The notes below the pieces were generated by a model, which was given only the letters and a program-made list of their open reading frames with translations, was not told the origin of the DNA and did not search any database. Shown here piece after piece: positions 18,478-27,637 of a DNA stretch of 64,000 nucleotides. This stretch comes from Bacteroidetes bacterium ADurb.Bin217 (GTDB lineage Bacteria > Bacteroidota > Bacteroidia > Bacteroidales > UBA1715): the NCBI GenBank assembly GCA_002069975.1, contig MWCJ01000008.1:3529-67528 (forward strand), in the 5' to 3' direction. Position 1 is the stretch's first letter; every line of letters starts with the position of its first letter. The translations under genes and the position numbers were made by a program.

Positions 18478-19636
18478 GTCTATATTATATATAATAGTTA
18501 GTCTTTTTTTATCATGCAATTTATTTGCATTAAATACTGATATGTATAGAGCACAAGCTGCGTACGATTATGGGTATTATGATTCCGTATGTTTGTATAC
18601 AATGCAAAGTTCGGAAGTTGAATCTAAGGAACTGCATGGAAAAGCCTTGTATGCTATGAAACAGTATGATAAGGCATATACAATATTTAAAAGTATTGAA
18701 ACTTCTGAAAGTTGGTATTATCGTGCTTGTATTTGTGCTATAAGTCAGCAAGCTGATTCTGCAGTATGGTATTTGCAAAAACATATATCATCGGGGGCAA
18801 AAAAAACATATGCTGAAATTATTACGAATGATGCGTTTGAATCTATTTCGAAAACACCGGAATGGAGAGAATTTTGGAAGCAATCGGTTTATTCCGATGC
18901 TGAATTATTGGTTGAGACTATAGAATATAGTATAGTGCATAAAAGCATGCAAGAAGTATTGCAAATCATAGAATTAACTTCGGTATCGAGTGCCGAAATA
19001 GTAGCTTATAAAGCATTTGTACTGTCTCGTATGAGCGAGGAAAAACGTGCATCGCAAATTCTTTCACAAATTAATCCTTCAACATCGTCTACTAAGGTGT
19101 TGCGAATAGTTGCAAATACATTTGTTGAATTACGTGAGCATACCAAAGCCTATGAATGTATGGTGCGGTATGTAACAATGTGCCCGAACGATATTACTGC
19201 TAATTTCGATATTGCACACATTCTCTATGAATTGAAGAAATATAACGAAGCTCAAAAATATTTAGAATTTTTATTAACGTATTATTATAAACATGATTCT
19301 GCATGGTATGTGTTATCTCTTGTATATCAACAACAAAAACAATATTTGTCTGCATTGCCATGTCTACATAAAGCATGTGAATTAGCCCCTGCCAATGCTA
19401 CATATGTGTTTGCTCGTGCTGGTTTATTTTTAGAACTCAAACAATTTGTGCAAGCCGAAATCGATTACAATCAATGTTTAGATTTACAGCCCAATATGTA
19501 TGTGTATTTTAATAGAGCTCATGCTCGTAGAATGCAAGGAAATGTAAGCGGTGCTTGTTACGACTATACCCGATCGTATAAATTAGGTAATCAAGATGCT
19601 TTGTATTATTCGAATTTGTATTGCGAAAAAAAATAG
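18470..19636 (+). CDS. TPR-repeat protein with signal peptide
   Basis: Multiple TPR-like A/Y/L repeats (for example YNEAQKYLEFLL, YLSALPCLHKACELAP). Its start overlaps the upstream stop. Confidence 0.7.
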   Translation: MNKSILYIIVSLFLSCNLFALNTDMYRAQAAYDYGYYDSVCLYTMQSSEVESKELHGKALYAMKQYDKAYTIFKSIETSESWYYRACICAISQQADSAVWYLQKHISSGAKKTYAEIITNDAFESISKTPEWREFWKQSVYSDAELLVETIEYSIVHKSMQEVLQIIELTSVSSAEIVAYKAFVLSRMSEEKRASQILSQINPSTSSTKVLRIVANTFVELREHTKAYECMVRYVTMCPNDITANFDIAHILYELKKYNEAQKYLEFLLTYYYKHDSAWYVLSLVYQQQKQYLSALPCLHKACELAPANATYVFARAGLFLELKQFVQAEIDYNQCLDLQPNMYVYFNRAHARRMQGNVSGACYDYTRSYKLGNQDALYYSNLYCEKK

Positions 19637-19847
19637 TTTTTTTCTGATTATATAGAATTCTTTAGTTCTATCTTCCTCATGTAGTAGTTGTTAAAAAAAT
19701 AATTTAAAATTCAATAATACTGTAGTTCATTACAAATTATTTTGTATTTTTATGAAGTTTATTAGGATATGAAATAATTAAGTTTTGGGTTATAATTACT
19801 ACTTTATTATTTTTTGGCAAAAGGGAATTTTTTTTTAAGAATTATGT

Positions 19848-20732
19848 ATGATAAATAAGGTATTACTCTGTATGTGTGCGAGTTTTGTATTATTTTCTTC
19901 GTGTACATCAGACGCTGATGAGAAAAATGTTGAGACCTCTGTAGGTAATCAACAATCGAAATCTATGGTTGGAATTATTGATGGTAAAATTTTTAGTGTG
20001 CCTTCACCATACGAATTTATCAGTTTTATAAATGAATTAGGTATTTCATATAATCATAGCTTGATAAATTCAGTGAATAATAAAAAATTGTACGAGTCGA
20101 ATGTGAAAAAATGTATCAATTTTGGCGTGTATGGAATTGATGTTGCCTATGTTACCGTGTTTGAACAAACATCAACAGCTCTTACATATTTTTCGGTACT
20201 TAAACAATTGTCTGAAGAAATAGGGTTATCGCAAGTGTTTGATGCAAAAACAATTGAGCGATTGGAAAATAATATGCATTTGCAAGATTCATTACTTATT
20301 ATTCTTACAAAAACATATCGCGAAGCCGACAAACGATTAAAAAACGAAAAACAAAAAGAAGAAGCAGCATTTATTATTGCAGGTAGCTGGATAGAAAGTT
20401 TATACTTGCTTACCCAAATACAAAAAGAAAAACCAAACAAAAAAATAGTTGAAAAAATAGCCGAACATAAATATTATGCCGATAATGTGTTGGCACTTTT
20501 ACGTCCATATTACGAAAAATCGGAAGAACATAAGAAGATAATTGATGGTATTATAGAAATATGTTATCAATTTGACGGGGTTAATTCTCAGTATACATAT
20601 ACAGAGCCGGTAACATATCCACAGTTAAAACGGACAGTTATTCAAAGTGATACTAAATTGGATATTTATACCGAACATTTACAAAATATTACTATTTTTA
20701 CCGAAAAACTACGAAATTCAATTGTTAATTAA
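19848..20732 (+). CDS. Hypothetical all-helical lipoprotein
   Basis: Lipobox LFSSC; no recognisable domain. First gene of a tightly packed operon. Confidence 0.45.
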   Translation: MINKVLLCMCASFVLFSSCTSDADEKNVETSVGNQQSKSMVGIIDGKIFSVPSPYEFISFINELGISYNHSLINSVNNKKLYESNVKKCINFGVYGIDVAYVTVFEQTSTALTYFSVLKQLSEEIGLSQVFDAKTIERLENNMHLQDSLLIILTKTYREADKRLKNEKQKEEAAFIIAGSWIESLYLLTQIQKEKPNKKIVEKIAEHKYYADNVLALLRPYYEKSEEHKKIIDGIIEICYQFDGVNSQYTYTEPVTYPQLKRTVIQSDTKLDIYTEHLQNITIFTEKLRNSIVN

Positions 20733-21152
20733 ATGAGACATTTTTTTGTTCTACACTTTCTTGTTATTTTTATATGTACAGGATATCATACGTATGCCCA
20801 AAAACAAAAAACAGCTGTTGAAACATGTGAAATGTATTTGAACGATGGATTTATTTCCGATGGGCAATATTATACATATGTAATTCAAAAAGATGAAGTT
20901 AAACAGACTAAAATTACACTTATGGGAGGCAATACCTATCGTGTTGCTGCATGTGGAAGTGTTTCGAAAAAAATTCAATTTTCAATTGTTGATGTTCAAG
21001 GTAATGTGCTGTATACTAATACAAATTTTGATTATGCTCCATATTGGGATTTTGAAATTTATAAAACTATAGAATGTACTATTCTATTACAAAATAATGA
21101 TACTACTATACCAACAGATAAATCTATATTACTAATTGGATACAAACGATAA
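20733..21152 (+). CDS. Hypothetical small secreted protein (paralog of 52108-52605)
   Basis: Signal peptide. GGNTYRVAACGS...IQFSIVDVQGNVLY aligns with [12 protein letters not shown]...[15 protein letters not shown] in the other ORF. Confidence 0.5.
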   Translation: MRHFFVLHFLVIFICTGYHTYAQKQKTAVETCEMYLNDGFISDGQYYTYVIQKDEVKQTKITLMGGNTYRVAACGSVSKKIQFSIVDVQGNVLYTNTNFDYAPYWDFEIYKTIECTILLQNNDTTIPTDKSILLIGYKR

Positions 21153-21155
21153 TAT

Positions 21156-24100
21156 ATGAGTGAAAGAATAATTGAAGCTTTATTGAAGCTATTTGCCGTT
21201 TTTGCACGTCCCGATACATCTACAAGCGATAAACAAGATGTTGTAGAATTATTTTTAGCCGCACAATTAAATAAAGAACTTGCGGTAAATTATTTGCCTA
21301 CATTTAAACAAGAATACGAAGAGGTAGTTGCCGACATCAGTCGAATAACAGAAAAAGCCGGTTCAAAATCGGGAGATGCTCTTAAATATAAAATTGAAGC
21401 AAAATTAGCTGCTCGTATACACCGAATTTGTAACAGCATAAACCAAGAGTTGACGCAAAAACAAAAATTGTTTGTAATCATCAGTATTCTCGAGTTTATT
21501 AGCTCGGACAAAGAATATAATGGAGAAATTACTACAAGTGAAAAAGAATTTTTAGCTATTTTAATCGATGATTTAAATATTGATGAACAAGAATATACTC
21601 AATTGAGTTCATTCATTTTAAGTCCGTTTGCCGATATTGTTGAAACAGCTAATGTGTTATTAATAAACAATCGAGAACAAACTGAAAAAGTCGAGGCTAA
21701 GCATATTTATTCCCCTCATCTTACAGGATGCATTAAAGTGTTTTATGTTGCTTCTACAAATTTATTATTATTCCGCTCGCAAGGTGTTGGCGAGATTACG
21801 CTCAATAGTCAACCTGTGCACGAAAATAAAGTGAATTTTATTTCTATTGGTTCTGCTATTCGTAGTCATCAAATTAAACCAATTTATTATAGCGAAATTC
21901 TTAATAAATTTAATGTAGATAATTCACAAGAAGGTGTTGTTTTTAAAGCTGAACAGATAGAATATGTGTTTAAAGGCGGAAATGTTGGATTACATAAACT
22001 CGATTTACAAGAAGAATCAGGCAATTTAGTAGGTATTATGGGGGCTTCGGGTGCCGGTAAATCTACTTTGCTCAATGTTTTAAACGGATACTATAGACCC
22101 ACACACGGACGAGTTCTAATAAATGGTGTAGACTTACACAACGATAAAGAAGGTGTGCTCGATGGTCTGATTGGTTTTGTGCCGCAAGATGATTTGTTAA
22201 TCAAGGAATTAACAGTTTATCAAAATTTATATTATAATGCAAAATTATGTTTCGATAATTTATCTGAAGAAGAAATTATTGAAAAAGTTGATCGTGTATT
22301 ACAAAGTCTTGGTTTGTTTGAACGAAAAAATAATATTGTAGGCGATGAATTACGCAAAGAAATTAGTGGTGGACAACGTAAACGGTTGAATATTGCTCTT
22401 GAACTTATTCGCGAACCCGCAATTTTATTCCTCGATGAACCTACTTCGGGCTTGTCTTCTAAAGATTCCGAAAATATTATGGACCTTCTTAAAGAGCTAG
22501 CTCTTAAAGGTAAATTGGTGTTTGTGGTAATACATCAACCATCGTCAGATATTTTCAAAACATTTGATAAATTACTCATTTTAGATACCGGCGGATATCA
22601 AATATATTATGGAGCTCCTGTAGATTCTATTATGTATTTTAAAGAACGCATGCATCAAGCCGATTGGTATGTAAGTGAATGTCCTACCTGTGGTAATGTA
22701 AATCCAGAACAAATTTTTAATATTACCGAAGCTAAAATTCTTAACGAAGACGGTACCCCTATGTTGAATAGTAAACGTCAAGAAATTAGAAAATATGCTC
22801 CAACCGATTGGTACGATATGTACAAAAAAACATCGGCAACTTCCGATGCTACTAAAGAGAGACCAATACCAAAGGGGTTACCGGAAATAACATTTAAAAT
22901 TCCTAATTGGATTCGTCAATTTAAAGTGTTTGTTGTTCGCGATGTGTTGTCAAAAATTTCTAACATGCAATATGTTATGATAAATTCTTTGGAGTCGCCA
23001 ATTATTGCGGTATTCTTAGCATTTATTATTAAATATTGGGATGTTGATGAAGGTAATCAAATAGGGTATACGTTAATGAATAACGATAATATCCCCGTGT
23101 ATTTATTTATGTTGGTTATTTGTGCCTATTTTATAGGGCTTACTGTAAGTGCCGAAGAAATTTATCGCGACCAAAAAATTCGTAGACGAGAATCGTTTTT
23201 GCAATTAAGCTGGTCGAGTTATTTAATTTCTAAAATTGCAATTCTGTTGGTAATTTCAGCAATTCAATCGTTTATTTTTATTCTTTTGGGTAATGCAATT
23301 CTCGAAGTTCACGGAATGTTTTTCCAATATTGGTTTATAGCATTTAGTGTGTGGAGTTTTGCTAATATTGTTGGTCTTATTATTTCCGATTCGTTTAACG
23401 ATGTTAAAACTATTTATATTTTAATACCGTTTATGGTAATTCCTCAAATTATTTTGAGTGGTATTATAGTTAGTTTCGACAAATTAAATCCTCGTATTTC
23501 TAATCCTCAAGATATTCCATTTTATGGCGAAGTTATTACATCGCGTTGGGCTTACGAGGCATTAGCGGTGTATCAGTATTCTAACAACGATTATGAAAAG
23601 CACTTCTTTAAAATAGATATGCAAATTAGTGAATGTAGCTATAAAAAGGGTGAATGGGCTAATCAGCTAACTAACAGATTAAATGATTGTGAACGAATGC
23701 TCGGTGATAAATCAAAACATGATGTTGTACAAAAGAATTTAACAGTAATTAAAAATGAATTATATAAAGAGGGGGTAAAAAATAGTGCATACGAGTATGA
23801 TGCATTAGAAAAACTTACTGTCGATAATATTACACCTACAGTTATAGCAGATACTCGCGAGCATGTGTCTGATATTAAGCAATATTATATTCAAAAAAAC
23901 AATTATATTCGTAGGTCTAAAGATTCGTTAACCTATGCTATGATTGCATATATGGGGGCTGAAGCTGTAAAAGAATTGAAAATTCCCGAATCGCAAGTTA
24001 CTCCCAAACTTATTGATAGCTTAGGAAATGCTCAATTTTTAGATCTTAAAAAGAAACACTATAACGAAAGTCTTGAGGAGTTTTGTAAAAATGAAAATGA

Positions 24101-24356
24101 TTTAACGGTGCTAATTGAGTACAAAGGTCATTTGGTGCAGAAAAACGACCCGGTGTTTATGTTGCCTAAAGGTAATTTTATTAAAGCTCATTTTTATTCT
24201 CCTGTTAAACCTTTTTTTGGTTTTTATATAAGTACATTCTGGGCAAATGCTATTGTTATATGGCTTATGTCTTTAGTTTCGTATTTAATTTTATACTTTA
24301 GAATTTTACGAAAAACTATTGATTTTCTTGGAAATATAAAATTAAGGAAAAAGTAA
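21156..24356 (+). CDS. ABCG-type (NBD then ABC-2 TMD) transporter with about 290-aa N-terminal and about 270-aa C-terminal extensions
   Basis: Walker A GASGAGKST, signature ISGGQRKRLNIA and Walker B ILFLDEPTSGL. Six TM segments follow, and there is an extra terminal TM. The N-terminal helical region looks TerB-like, followed by a possible FHA-like segment. Confidence 0.8.
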   Translation: MSERIIEALLKLFAVFARPDTSTSDKQDVVELFLAAQLNKELAVNYLPTFKQEYEEVVADISRITEKAGSKSGDALKYKIEAKLAARIHRICNSINQELTQKQKLFVIISILEFISSDKEYNGEITTSEKEFLAILIDDLNIDEQEYTQLSSFILSPFADIVETANVLLINNREQTEKVEAKHIYSPHLTGCIKVFYVASTNLLLFRSQGVGEITLNSQPVHENKVNFISIGSAIRSHQIKPIYYSEILNKFNVDNSQEGVVFKAEQIEYVFKGGNVGLHKLDLQEESGNLVGIMGASGAGKSTLLNVLNGYYRPTHGRVLINGVDLHNDKEGVLDGLIGFVPQDDLLIKELTVYQNLYYNAKLCFDNLSEEEIIEKVDRVLQSLGLFERKNNIVGDELRKEISGGQRKRLNIALELIREPAILFLDEPTSGLSSKDSENIMDLLKELALKGKLVFVVIHQPSSDIFKTFDKLLILDTGGYQIYYGAPVDSIMYFKERMHQADWYVSECPTCGNVNPEQIFNITEAKILNEDGTPMLNSKRQEIRKYAPTDWYDMYKKTSATSDATKERPIPKGLPEITFKIPNWIRQFKVFVVRDVLSKISNMQYVMINSLESPIIAVFLAFIIKYWDVDEGNQIGYTLMNNDNIPVYLFMLVICAYFIGLTVSAEEIYRDQKIRRRESFLQLSWSSYLISKIAILLVISAIQSFIFILLGNAILEVHGMFFQYWFIAFSVWSFANIVGLIISDSFNDVKTIYILIPFMVIPQIILSGIIVSFDKLNPRISNPQDIPFYGEVITSRWAYEALAVYQYSNNDYEKHFFKIDMQISECSYKKGEWANQLTNRLNDCERMLGDKSKHDVVQKNLTVIKNELYKEGVKNSAYEYDALEKLTVDNITPTVIADTREHVSDIKQYYIQKNNYIRRSKDSLTYAMIAYMGAEAVKELKIPESQVTPKLIDSLGNAQFLDLKKKHYNESLEEFCKNENDLTVLIEYKGHLVQKNDPVFMLPKGNFIKAHFYSPVKPFFGFYISTFWANAIVIWLMSLVSYLILYFRILRKTIDFLGNIKLRKK

Positions 24357-24359
24357 GAT

Positions 24360-26075
24360 ATGAAATGGGTACTTTTAGGAATAGCTGTAATAAGTTTGTT
24401 TTTAATACAATGTACGCAATCTCATAAAAACTCGTGTGTTCATACGTATTGTAATCCGGTGTCTATAAGTTATCGGTTTTGTATTGATACTCCATCTCGT
24501 CGCGAAGCTGCCGACCCTACAGTTGTTAGATATAAAAACACATATTATTTGTTTGCTTCAAAATCAGGTGGGTATTGGTCAGGTAAAGATTTGGGGGTGT
24601 GGAAATTTATTCCATGTACTACATTGCCTACCGAAGATTATGCTCCTACGGCTATAGTTATAGGCGATACTTTATATTTTATGGCTTCGTCGCATAGCAA
24701 AAATGTAATATATAAAACTACACAACCCGAAACTGCTCAGTGGCACATAGCATGCGATAGTATCGAAATTCCTATGTGGGATCCCGCATTTTTTCTCGAC
24801 GACGATAATTCATTGTATGTATATTGGGGATGTTCCAATCAAAATCCTATATATGGTGCTAAAATAGATTATACCAATAATTTTAAAATTATAGGCGAAC
24901 CCAAAGCGTTGCTCAATGCTAAAACTTCTGAACATGGTTGGGAAGTTCCGGGCGATTACAATACATTGAACAATCAAAGTCCATGGATAGAAGGGGCGTG
25001 GGTAAACAAACACAATGGTACTTATTATTTGCAATATTCCGGTCCGGGTACCGAATTCATGAGTTATTGTGATGCTGTATATGTTGCCGATTCTCCTTTA
25101 GGACCATATTCAATTGCACAACATAATCCATTTTCGTATAAACCTGCCGGATTTATTAATGGTGCCGGACATGGTAATACGTTTGCTGATGTCTATGGTA
25201 ATATGTGGCACATAGCTACCGGAACTATTTCGCAAAAACATATGTTTGAACGTCGTTTGGTATTACATCCGGTGCAGTTTGACAACGAAGGAACAATGTA
25301 TTCATATACTAAATTCGGTGATTACCCACACTTTTTGCCGCATGAAAAAAAATCAAAACCATCTGATTTGTTCACCGGCTGGATGTTACTTTCCTACAAT
25401 AAAAAAGTGCAGGTGTCATCAACTATAGCCGGGTATGAACCAGCAAATATGACCGACGAAAATATTCGCACGTATTGGGCGGCACAAACCGGTAATAAAG
25501 GTGAATTTGCATACATAGATTTAGGTGAAGAGTATGATGTGTATGCTTTGCAAATAAATTTTGCCGAACATGCTACCTCGCAATTGGGGAGAAATAGCAC
25601 ATTGGGTTTTGCCTATACTATTGAATATTCGTTAGATGGTTCAACTTGGGAATTGTTGATTGATAAATCAAAGAACAAAGAAGATATTTCGCATGATTAT
25701 ATTCAATTACCTAATAAGCAGGTTTGTAGATATGTGCGAATTACTAATATTTCTGTTGTTGATGGTGTGTTCGCATTAAGTGGATTTCGTGTTTTTGGGA
25801 AAGGAAATGGGGCCGTACCTCAAGCTGTTGATGGATTTGCTGCTCAACGTGCTATGGGGAATAAAAAACAAGTTACACTTTCATGGAAATCGGTACCTTC
25901 TGCTACAGGATATGTCATTTCGTATGGTTCTCATAAAGATAGATTATATTCACATTATATGGTATATGCAGATACGTCAGTTGTTATTTCAAGTTTATCG
26001 ACTACGCAAGCATATTATTATAGTATAGAGGCGTTTAATGAACATGGGGTTTCTAAAGTTGTGATAGTAGACTAA
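24360..26075 (+). CDS. Glycoside hydrolase family 43 with F5/8 type C (discoidin/CBM32-like) and Fn3-like domains
   Basis: ADPTVVRYKNTYYLFAS, WDPAFFLDDDNSLYVYWG and EGAWVNKHNGTYYLQYS are GH43 blades. NIRTYWAAQTG...YALQINF is discoidin-like. Confidence 0.8.
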   Translation: MKWVLLGIAVISLFLIQCTQSHKNSCVHTYCNPVSISYRFCIDTPSRREAADPTVVRYKNTYYLFASKSGGYWSGKDLGVWKFIPCTTLPTEDYAPTAIVIGDTLYFMASSHSKNVIYKTTQPETAQWHIACDSIEIPMWDPAFFLDDDNSLYVYWGCSNQNPIYGAKIDYTNNFKIIGEPKALLNAKTSEHGWEVPGDYNTLNNQSPWIEGAWVNKHNGTYYLQYSGPGTEFMSYCDAVYVADSPLGPYSIAQHNPFSYKPAGFINGAGHGNTFADVYGNMWHIATGTISQKHMFERRLVLHPVQFDNEGTMYSYTKFGDYPHFLPHEKKSKPSDLFTGWMLLSYNKKVQVSSTIAGYEPANMTDENIRTYWAAQTGNKGEFAYIDLGEEYDVYALQINFAEHATSQLGRNSTLGFAYTIEYSLDGSTWELLIDKSKNKEDISHDYIQLPNKQVCRYVRITNISVVDGVFALSGFRVFGKGNGAVPQAVDGFAAQRAMGNKKQVTLSWKSVPSATGYVISYGSHKDRLYSHYMVYADTSVVISSLSTTQAYYYSIEAFNEHGVSKVVIVD

Positions 26076-26101
26076 AATTTTATTATGTTGTAAAAAAAAG
26101 C

Positions 26102-26698
26102 ATGAATATGAAAATTTCGATATTGTTATTATTTTTTGTGATTTCAAAAATGTGTTTTAGTCAAATAAATGTACCGAATACTATTACCTTCATACAAGGT
26201 AATAATAGATATATCTCAAATAATCAAAATGACATTCTAATTATAGAAAGAAAACCGTTTACCATTCGATATTTTGTTAAACGTTATGATGTAAAAAAGG
26301 AAACATTTTATGCAATGCATGTTGCTGTTCTTGATAATGCTCAAGATACTATAGGATTGTATGTAGGTCAAAAAATTAATGAAATTGAATTTTTTATGCC
26401 GGGAACTGGTTTAGCTTCTAGTGAAAATGGATATTATGAATCAATATTTATTACAAATAAAGGTAATCATTATTTGTTTTATCAAGATGAAAATGATAAT
26501 AGATCACAATTAGTTTCAAGTTTAAATAATTTTTTAGAATTAGATTGGCATATTTCATCTGCAATATATCAAGAACAACAATATTCTATAGAAATGTTGA
26601 AAATGCAATCGTTATTTTTTGTTTTTCTAAAAGATAATAATCTTAACGAAGTGGTTGATACTAATGAACTTAAAATAATTGAAGTGAAATTTAAATAA
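26102..26698 (+). CDS. Hypothetical secreted protein
   Basis: Signal peptide; no domain recognised. Confidence 0.4.
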   Translation: MNMKISILLLFFVISKMCFSQINVPNTITFIQGNNRYISNNQNDILIIERKPFTIRYFVKRYDVKKETFYAMHVAVLDNAQDTIGLYVGQKINEIEFFMPGTGLASSENGYYESIFITNKGNHYLFYQDENDNRSQLVSSLNNFLELDWHISSAIYQEQQYSIEMLKMQSLFFVFLKDNNLNEVVDTNELKIIEVKFK

Positions 26699-26830
26699 AT
26701 GAAATTATTGAAGTAGAAGATGCCAAAGTTAATGTTATTGAATTATAATAAATAACTATAAATAAAGGAAATGCATTTGCAAAAGAAAGATTAAATGAGT
26801 TTTATACGTAATTATAATAGTTTAATTCTC

Positions 26831-27637
26831 TTATAATAACCTTCCCTTCCAAATTACCGGAATATTCGTTGGAATTTCAATTTCCGATTCAAAAATTCCA
26901 AACACCGTAGACCCGCTTCCGCTCATTGCAGCATATACCGCACCTAGTGTGTACATCAATTCTTTCAATTCTTGTATGGCAGGAAATTGTTGAAATACCG
27001 AAGCTTCAAAATCGTTTTCTATTACCCCTTTCCATTCTGCTGGATTTATAGATAGGTCGTGAAGCATTGTGTGTGGTCGCTTGTGAGGTGATACTCCCGC
27101 ATATGCCATTGCAGTACTCACATGGATATTGGGATTTGCCAAAACAATAAAATAGTTTGTTAATTTTATTGAACATGGACTAAATACTTCGCCACGTCCT
27201 TCTGCAAAAACGGGGGTAGATTGTATAAAAAATGGGCAGTCGCTCCCTAATTGTAATGCAAGTTGTTCTAAAGTTTCAATAGATAATTGTAAATTAAAAT
27301 ATGAATTGAGAGCTGTGAGAACAAAGGCAGCATCTGCACTTCCTCCTCCTAATCCTGCTCCAAAAGGAATGTGTTTGTGTAAGTGAATAGCAATCGGAGG
27401 AATAGGGGTGTGAGCGTTTAATACATGCCATGCTCGTACACATAAGTTTTTTTCTATTGGAGCATCAATTTCTAGTCCTGTGTTTGTAAAATGTAATTCT
27501 TGCGATTGGTGAATTTCTAAACAATCATATAATCCATGAATAGGGTAAAAAACAGTTTCGATATTATGAAAACCATCGCTTCGTTTTTCTACTATACGTA
27601 AGCCTATGTTTATTTTGGCATGTGGAAAACAAATCAT
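26831..27637 (-). CDS. ispE: 4-diphosphocytidyl-2-C-methyl-D-erythritol kinase
   Basis: AKINIGLRIVEKRSDGFHNIETVF and the GHMP motif PFGAGLGGGSADAA. Confidence 0.9.
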   Translation of the reverse strand: MICFPHAKINIGLRIVEKRSDGFHNIETVFYPIHGLYDCLEIHQSQELHFTNTGLEIDAPIEKNLCVRAWHVLNAHTPIPPIAIHLHKHIPFGAGLGGGSADAAFVLTALNSYFNLQLSIETLEQLALQLGSDCPFFIQSTPVFAEGRGEVFSPCSIKLTNYFIVLANPNIHVSTAMAYAGVSPHKRPHTMLHDLSINPAEWKGVIENDFEASVFQQFPAIQELKELMYTLGAVYAAMSGSGSTVFGIFESEIEIPTNIPVIWKGRLL

